Shown here: piece after piece, positions 20,996 through 30,698 of the stretch
Position numbering within the stretch: the stretch's first letter is position 1
Layout of the letters: the number at the start of each line of letters is the position of its first letter
Assembly (NCBI GenBank): GCA_041690135.1
Contig: JAWLHY010000004.1
Location: 64,001-128,000, forward strand
Length of the DNA: 64,000 nt
DNA from: Armatimonadota bacterium
Lineage (GTDB): Bacteria; Armatimonadota; SYMT01
Direction: 5' to 3'
Program-made: the position numbers and the translations under genes
The notes under the pieces: model-generated
Databases searched by the model: none
What the model saw: only the letters and a program-made list of their open reading frames with translations
What the model was told of the DNA's origin: nothing

Positions 20996-21242
20996 CTACC
21001 GGCGTCGCGGCCTGGCGACCAACTCGGAAAAGTGCCGCGTTCCGGACGGCGAACTCTGGGACAGCGGAGCGAGGGGCAGCGGAGGTCTTTTCTTTTCACT
21101 TTCACTCTCGAAAGAATCTTCGGCCGTCACTCCGCTTCCGATTCAGCTCCGTGTCGTACCCAACCTTCCCTCTTCAGCCCGGCCGAGAATCGAAACACCC
21201 TGCGGATGGGACGAATGAACACGGATGATTGTACGTTCGCCG

Positions 21243-21281
21243 GATTTGCCGGGGGCAGCGCTAGGCCCACCCCGGCAAATC
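21243..21281. terminator. Inverted repeat downstream of the patatin gene
   Basis: gatttgccgggg ... ccccggcaaatc, 12-bp perfect stem. Confidence 0.4.
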
Positions 21282-21343
21282 TCCGGTCGCCCCTCTGGGG
21301 CTGCCAATCCGATCACACCGATATCTCCCCCCCGCCTCTACGA

Positions 21344-22384
21344 TCAGGGACGGACTCTGGCGGAGCGAGAATGAGCCGGTGCACTGCGATACCGCTCTTT
21401 CCACTGGCTGAAATCGAAGCTCTCCCAGAACTGTCTTCCGGCGGTCAGCCCGGACTGGTAGAGAGTTGCCACTTGCTGCGGTGAAAGTCCGAAATCAGTG
21501 CCTGAAACCCCATCAGTGGGGATCGGGATGGTTCGTGCAAACTCCCGATCTTCGATGTACCGCGCATCGTTCGCCTCCAGCATCGTGGAAATCAAGGCAC
21601 CAAACATACTGATTGGCCCGTTGATTTCCCACCGCCGCTGCCATTGGTCTTGGGGAACTTTGCGCTGGTCACCTTCGACCAGCTTGAATCCGATGGTTGG
21701 CCATTCGGGCTCATGGCCCTTGGGTGTATCAAAAAGCCAGACGGGGAAGCTGCTTACTACTCCACCATCAACGATATAGCAGGTGCGGCCCTGCTGATCC
21801 TGAAGTGTCACTGGTTCAAAGAAGAAGGGAATACTCATGCTCATACGAACCGCGAAGGCAACATCCAGTTGATCCGGATCGCGACCAAAACGCTTAATAT
21901 CGTGAGGCAATCGCAGCATCCGGCAATGTGTTACGTCGGTTGCGATTACTTGAAGCTTATACCGGTACCTCTCATCGTTGGCGTACGGTTGCAGAATCAG
22001 ATCACTAAACGTATGGACATTCTTTCTTGCCAGGAGTTCACGAAGCCATTCTTCGAAGTAATCTCCCTCATATAGCCCTTTTTCCAGACCAACACTGAGG
22101 ATAGGTCCGAGTCCAGGTATGCCACTGAAAAAATCTCGCTGCAGGAACTTCCTGAAGTTCAGGCCCTTTAGAATCAGTTCTAGCTCGTCGGCCGAATATC
22201 CGGCTGCCACGAGCGCGGCAACAATGGCACCCGCGGAGGTACCCGCAACATTGACAAAGGTGCAATTCTGTTCCTCTGTGGCCCTTACCGCGCCAACTAG
22301 ACCGATTCCCTTCACCCCGCCGCCTTCGAAGACGGCATCAATATTCCCGGAGTAGTGATGGACGTTCGCTGTTTGGTCGGTCAT
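21344..22384 (-). CDS. Patatin-like phospholipase
   Basis: GGGVKG, GTSAG and DGG motifs; AGGAG RBS before ATG 22384; visibly lower GC than the flanks. Confidence 0.93.
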   Translation of the reverse strand: MTDQTANVHHYSGNIDAVFEGGGVKGIGLVGAVRATEEQNCTFVNVAGTSAGAIVAALVAAGYSADELELILKGLNFRKFLQRDFFSGIPGLGPILSVGLEKGLYEGDYFEEWLRELLARKNVHTFSDLILQPYANDERYRYKLQVIATDVTHCRMLRLPHDIKRFGRDPDQLDVAFAVRMSMSIPFFFEPVTLQDQQGRTCYIVDGGVVSSFPVWLFDTPKGHEPEWPTIGFKLVEGDQRKVPQDQWQRRWEINGPISMFGALISTMLEANDARYIEDREFARTIPIPTDGVSGTDFGLSPQQVATLYQSGLTAGRQFWESFDFSQWKERYRSAPAHSRSARVRP

Positions 22385-22475
22385 GGTCGTGATCTCCTGA
22401 TGTGATAAGTTGGTCCGAACTGTAAATCCGGAACCTGTGGCTAGAACCATTGCATTCTTGGTCGGCAGCTTCTCC

Positions 22476-23171
22476 TCAAACGCGGCGGCATCGCTGCAGC
22501 ACAGCCACTACGCCCAGAGTCGGTAGGAACAACAATACCGAAGTGGGCTCTGGAACAACCGGCTCCGACCCTTGGGCAACCAATTGCATCCCGGAGAGCC
22601 CTCCGCTTCCTGATGTACTGGAGGAGGCAACCAGTAGTGTGCCGCCAGTGACTTCCACAGCCACCTTCGTCCAGTCGCTTCCCTGGTTCAGGCTATCGCT
22701 GTTGGCGCCCGTGAGATTGGCGACGGGTGTTCCGTTGACCGTAAAAGGGCGGGTGGGAACTGCCGTGTTTGTCGGCGCATACAAATAGACCTGATAGAGT
22801 CCGTTCTCAAGATTGGAAAGGGTGACGGACCAGTGTCTCCCATTGAAGGCGAACATGTTATCGCCGCGCAACTTGGCGGGCTCGCTGGTGCCCACAAAGC
22901 TGTTACCGTCGAACGAATCGGCAACGACATTTACACCGACGGCGGTCGTCGCCCCGCCAACGTTCAGAAGGTGGCTGGTGGTGGCCTGGACGATTGGATT
23001 CCAGTGTCCCGGGCTTGCCGCGGCCGCCCCGAAGGTATTCGCTGGCAATCCGCTTGCGTGCCCAAAGTCAATGTTGATCGTCTGTGCATCCGCGGACTGC
23101 GCATCTCCAGGCAATCCGAGAGCCAGAACGGCACCCGTGAGAGCAATGCGGAGTGAGTTTCCGGTCTGCAT
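22476..23171 (-). CDS. PEP-CTERM sorting-domain protein
   Basis: Signal peptide, INIDFG start of the mature domain, C-terminal VPEPTS + hydrophobic segment + RCRR; AGGAGAGG RBS. Confidence 0.88.
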   Translation of the reverse strand: MQTGNSLRIALTGAVLALGLPGDAQSADAQTINIDFGHASGLPANTFGAAAASPGHWNPIVQATTSHLLNVGGATTAVGVNVVADSFDGNSFVGTSEPAKLRGDNMFAFNGRHWSVTLSNLENGLYQVYLYAPTNTAVPTRPFTVNGTPVANLTGANSDSLNQGSDWTKVAVEVTGGTLLVASSSTSGSGGLSGMQLVAQGSEPVVPEPTSVLLFLPTLGVVAVLQRCRRV

Positions 23172-23405
23172 TGAGCCTCTCCTAGCTGTTAACCCGGGGG
23201 CACCGTATTGTTCCGGTCCGGGACTTGATAGATGGCTGGCGTTTTGATACCACCCCGCTCTACACGAAATCTCCCGGGTCCGTCACAAGTTCATCAAACA
23301 GCCTCTTGACGTCCATGACGGGCAGGCGACGCTGCCCCAAAGCGGTAACCTAATCCTGACGAAACCGATTGGTGGAGCGAACGGGTGACGGCAGGTGAGG
23401 TGCAA

Positions 23406-25250
23406 ATGAACCGGCTCAGGATCAACCTGCTCGGAGGGTTGCGGGTCGATTGCGGCGACCAGGTACTCTCGCGCTTCCGCACGCATAAGACGGCGATGCT
23501 GCTGGCCCGGCTCGCTTTCCATCACCCCCGCCCTCAGCACCGGGAGTTGCTGGTAGAGCTCCTCTGGCCGGACGACCCGCCTGATGCCGGTCGCCGCAGC
23601 CTGAGCACGGCCCTCTGGTCGCTTCGCCACGACCTGGAGACGCTTGGGCTAAACGGGGAGGACGTTATCAGCAGCGACCGTGCCACCATCAGCCTGCGCC
23701 CGGAGAGCGTCCAAATCGACCTGCGGGAGTTTGAGGAGGCACTCCGGGAAGCACAGCGATGCGGCAACCCGGCCGACCGTGCCGCCTGGTTGAGTTGCGC
23801 CGCGGATCTTTACCGGGGCGAACTGCTGCTGGGTTATGCGGAGGACTGGATCTACCCGGAGCAGACCCGCCTGGAAGTCCTTCACGGGGAGTGCCTGCTG
23901 GCCCTGGTGGACGCGTGGGAAGGGGCGGGCGACCCACACCAGGCGCGTGAGGCCGCCGTGCAAGCCGTCCGGGTATCTCCTCTCTCGGAGGAGGCCTGCT
24001 ACCGGTTGATGCGGCTGTATGCGGCCACCGGGCAGCCGGCCGCCGCTCTGCAACTCTACCGAGAACTGGAGCGAAAGCTGCGTGAAGAACTCGACACCCG
24101 CCCCAGCCCCCTCCTCCAGCAACTGGCTCGGGAACTGACCGCCGCGCCGCGGCCCCAACTGTCGGCCCCTGCGGTGTCCGCTACGGTAACCGCACCCTCT
24201 CCCAATCCGATCCAGGGGGACGAACTTCCGCTAGAATCGACGGGAGCGATGCCGGTCAACTCCATGTTCTATGTGGAGCGACCTGTGGATGGCGCTTTTC
24301 ACCAGGCGGTGATACGCCGGGAGAGCACGCTCCTTCTTACGGGTCCGCGGCAAACGGGCAAAACCTCTCTCCTGGCGCGCGGTCTCCGGACGGCGCGCGA
24401 TCATGGCTGTTTGACCCTGCTGACCGACTTCCAGGCTTTGAACCCCGCGCAACTGAACGATGCAGGATCATTCACACGGGCCCTGGCCGAATCACTTGCG
24501 GACCTGGATGAGGTGACCGCCGATCCGCGCGAGAGCTGGAGTGAGAGTCGCAGTTCGGCCTTCAACCTGCGCCGCTTTCTCCACCGGCAGGTGCTGGGAA
24601 GCCTGGACCGCCCGCTCGTCTGGGCGATGGACGAAGTCGACCGCCTCTTCCTCTGTCCCTTCGCCGCAGAGATCTTCGGGCTGTTCCGCTCCTGGCACAA
24701 CGAGCGGGCGGCGGACCCGGCCTCGCCCTGGAACCGGCTGACCCTGGTCCTGGCCTATGCCACGGAGGCGCATCTCTTCGTTTCGGACCTCAGCCAGTCC
24801 CCCTTCAACATAGGCATCCGGTTCGAGCTCGCCGACTTCACCGGACAGCAGGTGGAGGACTTGAACCGCCGCTACGGCTCGCCGCTTGGGGATGAGCGGA
24901 GCCTGGCACGCTTTCAGGGGCTCGTCGGCGGTCATCCCTTTATGGTCCGCCGCGGACTGCAGGAGATGGTCCGGCAGGGGATTACCCCGGCGGAGCTCGA
25001 ACAGATGGCCGGGCAGGACGGCGGCATCTTTCGCGACCACCTCCGCCGGCTCGTCCATGGCCTCGCCGGAGATTCCGCTCTGTTGGCAGCCGTCCGCGGG
25101 CTCCTTTCCGGCACACCCCCTCCCGACGAAGCGTTTTATCGGCTGCGAAGTGCGGGCGTGTTGAAGGGAGAGGAACCGGGGAGTGCAGAATTCCGATGTG
25201 GGCTTTACCGGCTCTACCTGCGAAAGCACCTGCCTTCGGTGCCGGAATGA
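23406..25250 (+). CDS. SARP-like wHTH-BTAD regulator fused to an AAA_35-type P-loop ATPase
   Basis: LRINLLGGLRV..RELLVELLWPD..SLSTALWSLR; AADLYRGELL, PLSEE..RLMRLYA; Walker A GPRQTGKTS, Walker B MDEVD, SPFNIG, GGHPF. Confidence 0.88.
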   Translation: MNRLRINLLGGLRVDCGDQVLSRFRTHKTAMLLARLAFHHPRPQHRELLVELLWPDDPPDAGRRSLSTALWSLRHDLETLGLNGEDVISSDRATISLRPESVQIDLREFEEALREAQRCGNPADRAAWLSCAADLYRGELLLGYAEDWIYPEQTRLEVLHGECLLALVDAWEGAGDPHQAREAAVQAVRVSPLSEEACYRLMRLYAATGQPAAALQLYRELERKLREELDTRPSPLLQQLARELTAAPRPQLSAPAVSATVTAPSPNPIQGDELPLESTGAMPVNSMFYVERPVDGAFHQAVIRRESTLLLTGPRQTGKTSLLARGLRTARDHGCLTLLTDFQALNPAQLNDAGSFTRALAESLADLDEVTADPRESWSESRSSAFNLRRFLHRQVLGSLDRPLVWAMDEVDRLFLCPFAAEIFGLFRSWHNERAADPASPWNRLTLVLAYATEAHLFVSDLSQSPFNIGIRFELADFTGQQVEDLNRRYGSPLGDERSLARFQGLVGGHPFMVRRGLQEMVRQGITPAELEQMAGQDGGIFRDHLRRLVHGLAGDSALLAAVRGLLSGTPPPDEAFYRLRSAGVLKGEEPGSAEFRCGLYRLYLRKHLPSVPE

Positions 25251-25274
25251 TGCCGGACGGAAGAACTGACGATC

Positions 25275-28200
25275 TTGCGATCCCAAGACCCGGATAGCAC
25301 TCCACGACTACCCTTTTACGTGAGCGGCGGTACGCTGCGAGCCGATGCCCGCTGCTACGTCCACCGCGAGGCGGATGAGGTGCTCTTCCGAAGCCTCTGC
25401 GCGGGAGAATACTGCTACGTCCTTACCTCGCGGCAGATGGGGAAGAGCTCGCTGATGGTGCGCACGGCCCTCCGACTCCGCGAAGCCGGCATCACCCCCG
25501 TGCTCCTTGACCTCACCGCCCTGGGACAGAACCTCACGCCGGACCAGTGGTATCGCAGCCTGCTCGACATGGTGGGCGAGCAACTGGCCCTGGAAGACGA
25601 ATTGGAGGCCTTCTGGGAGAGCCATCTCCACGTGGGCCCCATCCGGCGCTTCGTCGAAGCCCTCATCCAGGTCGTTCTGCCACTTCTACAGGATAAGGAC
25701 AGTGGGCAGCGGGCAGAAGTCAGCAGGCAGACGGTAGAAGGCAGTGGGCGGAAGCTCGTGTTGTTCATCGATGAGATCGACACGGTGCAGGCACTGCCGT
25801 TCTGCACGGACGAGTTTTTCGCCGCCATCCGCGAGTGCCACAATCGCCGGAGCGACACCCCGCTGCTGGAAGGCCTCACCTTCTGTCTGTTGGGCGTAGC
25901 CACCCCCAGCGACCTGATCCGCGATCCCCGCACCACCCCCTTCAATATCGGACGAAGGGTGGAGTTGACCGACTTCCGCTCCGCCGAAGCGGCGCTTCTG
26001 GCGCATGGATTAGAACCCCTGCGCCTCGACCCTGCCGCGGTGCTGAAGCGGGTCCTTCACTGGACCGGCGGCCACCCGTACCTCACCCAACGGTTCTGCC
26101 AGGCCCTGGTGGAGCAAGGGGGTGTCCAAAACCTCCGGGATGTCGATGCCGCCTGCGAAGCGCTGTTTCTCAGCAAGCAGGCGCGGCTCCGGGACAACAA
26201 CCTTCTCTTCGTGCGGGAACAGGTTCTCCGCTCCCAACTGGCCGACCGTTCCCTGGAAGAGACGCGGTCGGCGGCCCTGGACCTTTACCTCCAGGTATGG
26301 CGGGGACGGAAGGTGGCGGAGGATCCGGCGGACCCCGTGACCGGCCTCCTCCGCCTGGCGGGATTGGTCCGGAGCGAGCGAGGACGCCTGTACCCACGCA
26401 ACCGCATCTACACCCGCGTGTTCGACGGGGAGTGGGTCCAGAGCCAGTTACCGGAGGCGGAAGTGCTGCGCCAGCGCACTGCCTTTCTCCGGGGCGTGCG
26501 GCGCACGGCATCTGTTGCCGGCGTGGTGCTGGTCGTGGTCGGCGGCCTGGCTGTTTCCCTGGTCGTGACCTTAAAGGAGAAGGACGCGGCCCTCAGCCGT
26601 CTCCGGCTTACACTCGGCAACCTGGAGCGGCAGACCGCGCGGGCCGAACAGGAAGCCCACCGCGCGGAACAGGCGGGGCGCCGGGCCGCACTGGGCGAGC
26701 GGCTGGCGGAGCAGCGCCGGGCAGAGACCGAGCGGGAACGACAGGGCGCCCGCGCACTGCAACAGATAGCCGAAAGTGCTCGCGACCAGGCTCAATGGCG
26801 CCTGGCACAGATGCATCTGACAGAGGGCTGGCGTAAGATCGAGGAGGCCCAGCCGGCCATTGGCCTGCTCTGGTTCGTGGAGGCACTCAAGCTTCTAGAA
26901 GGCAAAGCGGCGGAGGAGCAGCGCGTTCTTATCGCTACCCTCCTCCGCCTGACGCCCCACCCCCGCCTTACCTGGAGCCATTCGGGGCAGGTCCAGTTCG
27001 CCCGGTTCAGCCCGGACGGAAGTCGGGTACTGACCGCGGCTAACAACGGTTCCATCGAAGTCCGGAACGTCGAGACGGGCGAACGGGTGGGGAAGGCCCT
27101 ATGTGGAATAGGGTTGCCCAGGGACGCGAGTATCCAGCAGGGCGGAGTCGTCCGGGTAGTCTGTGTCCAGGGCAAGGAGGCCCGTGTCTGGGATGCCCGC
27201 CGGGGCCTGCCGGTAAGTCCGCCTTTGCGTCACCCTGCGGGAGTAACTTACGCGGCCTTCAGCCCGGATGGCCGCCACATCACCACCTCCTGCGATGACG
27301 GAATGGCAAGGGTCTGGGATGCCTACACCGGTGCCTCGGTTGTTCCGCCGCTGCGACACGAGGCGAGCGTCTGGCATTGCACCTACACGCCGGATGGGAA
27401 GAAACTGCTGACCCAGGACGCCAACCGGCAGCTCTTCCTGTGGGAACTGGGAACCGCTTCTTCCTCTCGCAGGAGACATCTTGGGGCGGCCGAGACCTGG
27501 GGAATCTGTGCCGCTACCGGTGCCCTGGTCGCGGGAATGCGAGGCACGGAGCGCTCCGTTCTCCTGCATTCCCTCCGAACCCAAGGGGCCGTCGCGCAAC
27601 CGCTGGACCATCACGGAACCATCTTCCAGGCTGCATTCAGCCCGGACGGCCGCTGGGTCGCCACGGCCGGCTCCGATCATTTCGCCCGGGTGTGGAGTAC
27701 GGCAACCCGCCGCCGGGTCAGCGTACTTCCTCGTCACACCGCACCGGTGGCGGGAGTGACCTTCGGCCCATACGCCTCTCAACTCGTGACTACCTCCGTC
27801 GACCGCACCGCCCGGGTCTGGAGTACGAGCACGGGAGTACCCCTCTCCCCACCCTTGCCGCACGGCGGTCCCGTTCTCACCTCCGTCTTCGCTCCCAACG
27901 GGCAACACCTGGTCACGTTGGGAAAGGATGGCCTCGTACGGCTCTGGGATCTGGCCACAGTTGATCGCGCCGCCGCGGAGGTCTACTCTCGCGAGGAGGA
28001 ACAAGTAACTTCGCTGCACCCCGACCGCGATCGGTGGATCACCGCCGGTCCTCTCGGAGCGGGAATCTGGAAGATCAGCGACGGCACCGCCATAGCGAGC
28101 GGGTTGCCGCATGCGGATCCCGAACACTTCGCACTGCCCCAGTTGAGCCCGGATGGAAGGCGTCTGGTTACCCGGTCCCACAAACCTGCGGGGCTCCATT

Positions 28201-29843
28201 TCTGGCAGAAAGATGGAAGGCTGACGACGGGTCGGAACAGCGAACTCCACCGCTACTACGTGCTCGCGGTCGACCCGACGGGGCAGCTCATGGCGGCCGG
28301 CACTGGGGGAGGCGGTATCGAGGTACGCCGAATGCGGGACACGGAACTGATCACTCTGATCCGCAGAAACGGACCTGTGCTCAGAGATTTGTGCTTCAGT
28401 CCGGATGGCAAACTCCTACTCGCTTCGGATGCGGAGGGCAAAGCCCGCCTCTGGAGCGCTCACAGCGGCAAACCCGCGGCGCCCCCCTTATCCCACCTGG
28501 CGGATATCCGGTTTGGACAGTTCAGCCCCGACGGTCGCTGGGTCGCCACGGGGAGTGAGGGCAGCAAGGCGCAAGTCTGGGAGACGGCGACCGGCCATCC
28601 CGTGACGCGTCCGCTCCCCCACGAGGCAGTCGTTACCTCGCTGCGCTTTCATCCTACTGGAAAGACCCTCGCCACGGCGGGGCGTGACCGGGTCGCGCGG
28701 GTCTGGCGCTTGCCCGAGGGCACGCGCCTCGGCTCTGCGATGCACCACCGGGAAACGATCACCGACCTGGCCTTCAGTCCGGACGGTCAGTGGCTGGCAA
28801 CCGGCAGTGAGGACGGCACCGTGCGCGTGTGGGATGCGCGGACGGGTCGTCCGATTACCCCCTATCTTCCCGTCGGCGAAGGGGTCAGCCGGGTCGCTTT
28901 CGGATTGGATGGTAAGAAACTGTATGTCGGGACGGATAAGGGTGCCGTGCAAACCTGGAACTTGAACCCCGACAACCGTTCGGTCAGCGACCTGAAACGC
29001 CTGGCGTGGTATCTTTCGGGTCACCAGCTGAATGCGGCAGGCGGCCTGGTCCCCCTGGAGGCCGACACCCTGGCCCGGCTCTCGCGCGAGCTTCGCGAGT
29101 TTTCGCCCTCTCCCCTGCGCTCCGGGACCCCTCAGGTTCTCGCCTGGCACCGTCGCGAGGCCGCGGTGGCCGAGCGCGACGGGATGTGGGTGGCGGCGGC
29201 CAGGCACCTCGACCCCCTGCTGAAGGAGTACCCGACGTCGCGCTGGCTGCGCGTGCGACGAGCTCACGCCCGATCCGAGGCGGAGCTCTGGTCCGGAGCG
29301 GCCGAAGATTGGATGCGCCTGCGGAAGCGGGAGCCGCATGACCCGATCTTCTGGTATCAGGAAGCCCTTTGTCGCCTGGGCGCGGACGATCTCGGAGGGT
29401 ACCGAGCGACCTGCCGCGGGATGTTGCGTCAATTCGAAGATGCGTCCGATCCCCGATCTCGCGACCTCACTGCCTGGACTTGCGCTCTGGGTGACTGTTC
29501 ACCGGACGCCCGGGCGCGAGCACTGGCCCTGGTGGAAGACCTGCTGAAGGGCCAACCGGAGCACGAGAATCACCTCAACACCCGGGGATTACTTCTTTAT
29601 CGCGCCGGACGGCATCACGAGGCGCACGTGACCCTCCAGCGGGCCATCCGGCTCCGAGGCGAGAACGGCTCTCCCGTCGACCGCCTCTTCAGCGCTCGCG
29701 CCCAGGCCAGGCTGGGCGACACCCGCGCCCTCGCGGGAGCCCGCGAGGACGTGGAAGAGGAGGCCTCTCGCCTGGTCGCCGCCCTCAAATCTGCCTGGGC
29801 GGACCGGCTGGAGATGCGGTTGTTCCTGCGGGAACCGGACTGA
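25275..29843 (+). CDS. AAA_35-type ATPase + single TM helix + coiled coil + WD40 propellers + TPR-like C-terminus
   Basis: FYVSGGTL..YVHREAD, SRQMGKSS, FIDEID, TPFNIG, TGGHPYLTQ; TM VAGVVLVVVGGLAVSLVVTL; many H...V..AFSPDG..ARVWD repeats. TTG start uncertain. Confidence 0.88.
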   Translation: MRSQDPDSTPRLPFYVSGGTLRADARCYVHREADEVLFRSLCAGEYCYVLTSRQMGKSSLMVRTALRLREAGITPVLLDLTALGQNLTPDQWYRSLLDMVGEQLALEDELEAFWESHLHVGPIRRFVEALIQVVLPLLQDKDSGQRAEVSRQTVEGSGRKLVLFIDEIDTVQALPFCTDEFFAAIRECHNRRSDTPLLEGLTFCLLGVATPSDLIRDPRTTPFNIGRRVELTDFRSAEAALLAHGLEPLRLDPAAVLKRVLHWTGGHPYLTQRFCQALVEQGGVQNLRDVDAACEALFLSKQARLRDNNLLFVREQVLRSQLADRSLEETRSAALDLYLQVWRGRKVAEDPADPVTGLLRLAGLVRSERGRLYPRNRIYTRVFDGEWVQSQLPEAEVLRQRTAFLRGVRRTASVAGVVLVVVGGLAVSLVVTLKEKDAALSRLRLTLGNLERQTARAEQEAHRAEQAGRRAALGERLAEQRRAETERERQGARALQQIAESARDQAQWRLAQMHLTEGWRKIEEAQPAIGLLWFVEALKLLEGKAAEEQRVLIATLLRLTPHPRLTWSHSGQVQFARFSPDGSRVLTAANNGSIEVRNVETGERVGKALCGIGLPRDASIQQGGVVRVVCVQGKEARVWDARRGLPVSPPLRHPAGVTYAAFSPDGRHITTSCDDGMARVWDAYTGASVVPPLRHEASVWHCTYTPDGKKLLTQDANRQLFLWELGTASSSRRRHLGAAETWGICAATGALVAGMRGTERSVLLHSLRTQGAVAQPLDHHGTIFQAAFSPDGRWVATAGSDHFARVWSTATRRRVSVLPRHTAPVAGVTFGPYASQLVTTSVDRTARVWSTSTGVPLSPPLPHGGPVLTSVFAPNGQHLVTLGKDGLVRLWDLATVDRAAAEVYSREEEQVTSLHPDRDRWITAGPLGAGIWKISDGTAIASGLPHADPEHFALPQLSPDGRRLVTRSHKPAGLHFWQKDGRLTTGRNSELHRYYVLAVDPTGQLMAAGTGGGGIEVRRMRDTELITLIRRNGPVLRDLCFSPDGKLLLASDAEGKARLWSAHSGKPAAPPLSHLADIRFGQFSPDGRWVATGSEGSKAQVWETATGHPVTRPLPHEAVVTSLRFHPTGKTLATAGRDRVARVWRLPEGTRLGSAMHHRETITDLAFSPDGQWLATGSEDGTVRVWDARTGRPITPYLPVGEGVSRVAFGLDGKKLYVGTDKGAVQTWNLNPDNRSVSDLKRLAWYLSGHQLNAAGGLVPLEADTLARLSRELREFSPSPLRSGTPQVLAWHRREAAVAERDGMWVAAARHLDPLLKEYPTSRWLRVRRAHARSEAELWSGAAEDWMRLRKREPHDPIFWYQEALCRLGADDLGGYRATCRGMLRQFEDASDPRSRDLTAWTCALGDCSPDARARALALVEDLLKGQPEHENHLNTRGLLLYRAGRHHEAHVTLQRAIRLRGENGSPVDRLFSARAQARLGDTRALAGAREDVEEEASRLVAALKSAWADRLEMRLFLREPD

Positions 29844-29939
29844 TTCACAGCGCCAGGACATCGAACTGAACCTCCACCCTGGCCCGCCGGGTGATGGAGC
29901 CCGCGCTGGGATGCGAGCACCCTTAAGGTCAGGCGCGGC

Positions 29940-30698
29940 TTACTGCCCGTATCCGTAGGGAGAGGGCTGGTTGGGATCCAACTCTACCCGCGCGGCAGCC
30001 TCCTGATCCAGGGCGAACACCTCCGCATAGCCCACGGCCATCATCAACAGGCTGACCGGCAGCGTGATGAGCATACCAAACCCTGCCAGGAGCCCGCCCA
30101 GGCTCGCCACGATCTGGATCACCAGGGCCCACAGCACGTACATCCCCAGGAACGGCCGCGTGGCCCGCGCGCTGGCCGACATCGCGTCGCTCATCGACAT
30201 CCCGCGGTCCACCACCAGGATCGGCACGTACAGCCAGAGCCCGGCGAGAATCAGGCCCGGAACCAGGCAGAAGAGGGAGGCCACACCCACGGCCAACCCC
30301 ACCACCAGCATCGTGCCGAACAAACGGATGGCGGTGTCGGCCGGCACCATAATGTCCCGGTAGTCCACCGTCTGCCCTCGCACCTGCCGGGCGGCGATGT
30401 GAATCATTCCGGCATAGAGATAGCTGGTCGGGACCCAGGCCACCACCACCGCAAGGATAATCGTTCCGATGAGCACCAGCACACCGGTAATGTCGCCCCC
30501 TCCGGCTGCCACGGACACGAACCCGAGCGCTAATCCAACCATCACTACCAGGGTCACGAGCAACCCGGGCACAAAAAGTAGGATCAGGGAGTGAACGACC
30601 CACACCGCCCACGCCTCGCCGAACAGGTTGAAGGCCCGCGACGTCCAGTCACCAAACCGGGGACTGATCTCCCGGATGTCGTAGCTTCCCATCATCAT
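29940..30698 (-). CDS. Integral membrane hypothetical protein
   Basis: Five to six hydrophobic segments; CLVPGLIL..VPILVVDR..AMSAS pattern; overlaps the upstream stop. Confidence 0.75.
   Translation of the reverse strand: MMMGSYDIREISPRFGDWTSRAFNLFGEAWAVWVVHSLILLFVPGLLVTLVVMVGLALGFVSVAAGGGDITGVLVLIGTIILAVVVAWVPTSYLYAGMIHIAARQVRGQTVDYRDIMVPADTAIRLFGTMLVVGLAVGVASLFCLVPGLILAGLWLYVPILVVDRGMSMSDAMSASARATRPFLGMYVLWALVIQIVASLGGLLAGFGMLITLPVSLLMMAVGYAEVFALDQEAAARVELDPNQPSPYGYGQ

Noticed and set aside
20593-21228. Plus-strand 211-aa ORF
   Set aside because: Antisense to the ISAs1 relic; Pro/Arg-rich with no motifs.
21344-22384. Patatin as part of a CBASS operon
   Set aside because: No CD-NTase or Cap2/Cap3 genes nearby.
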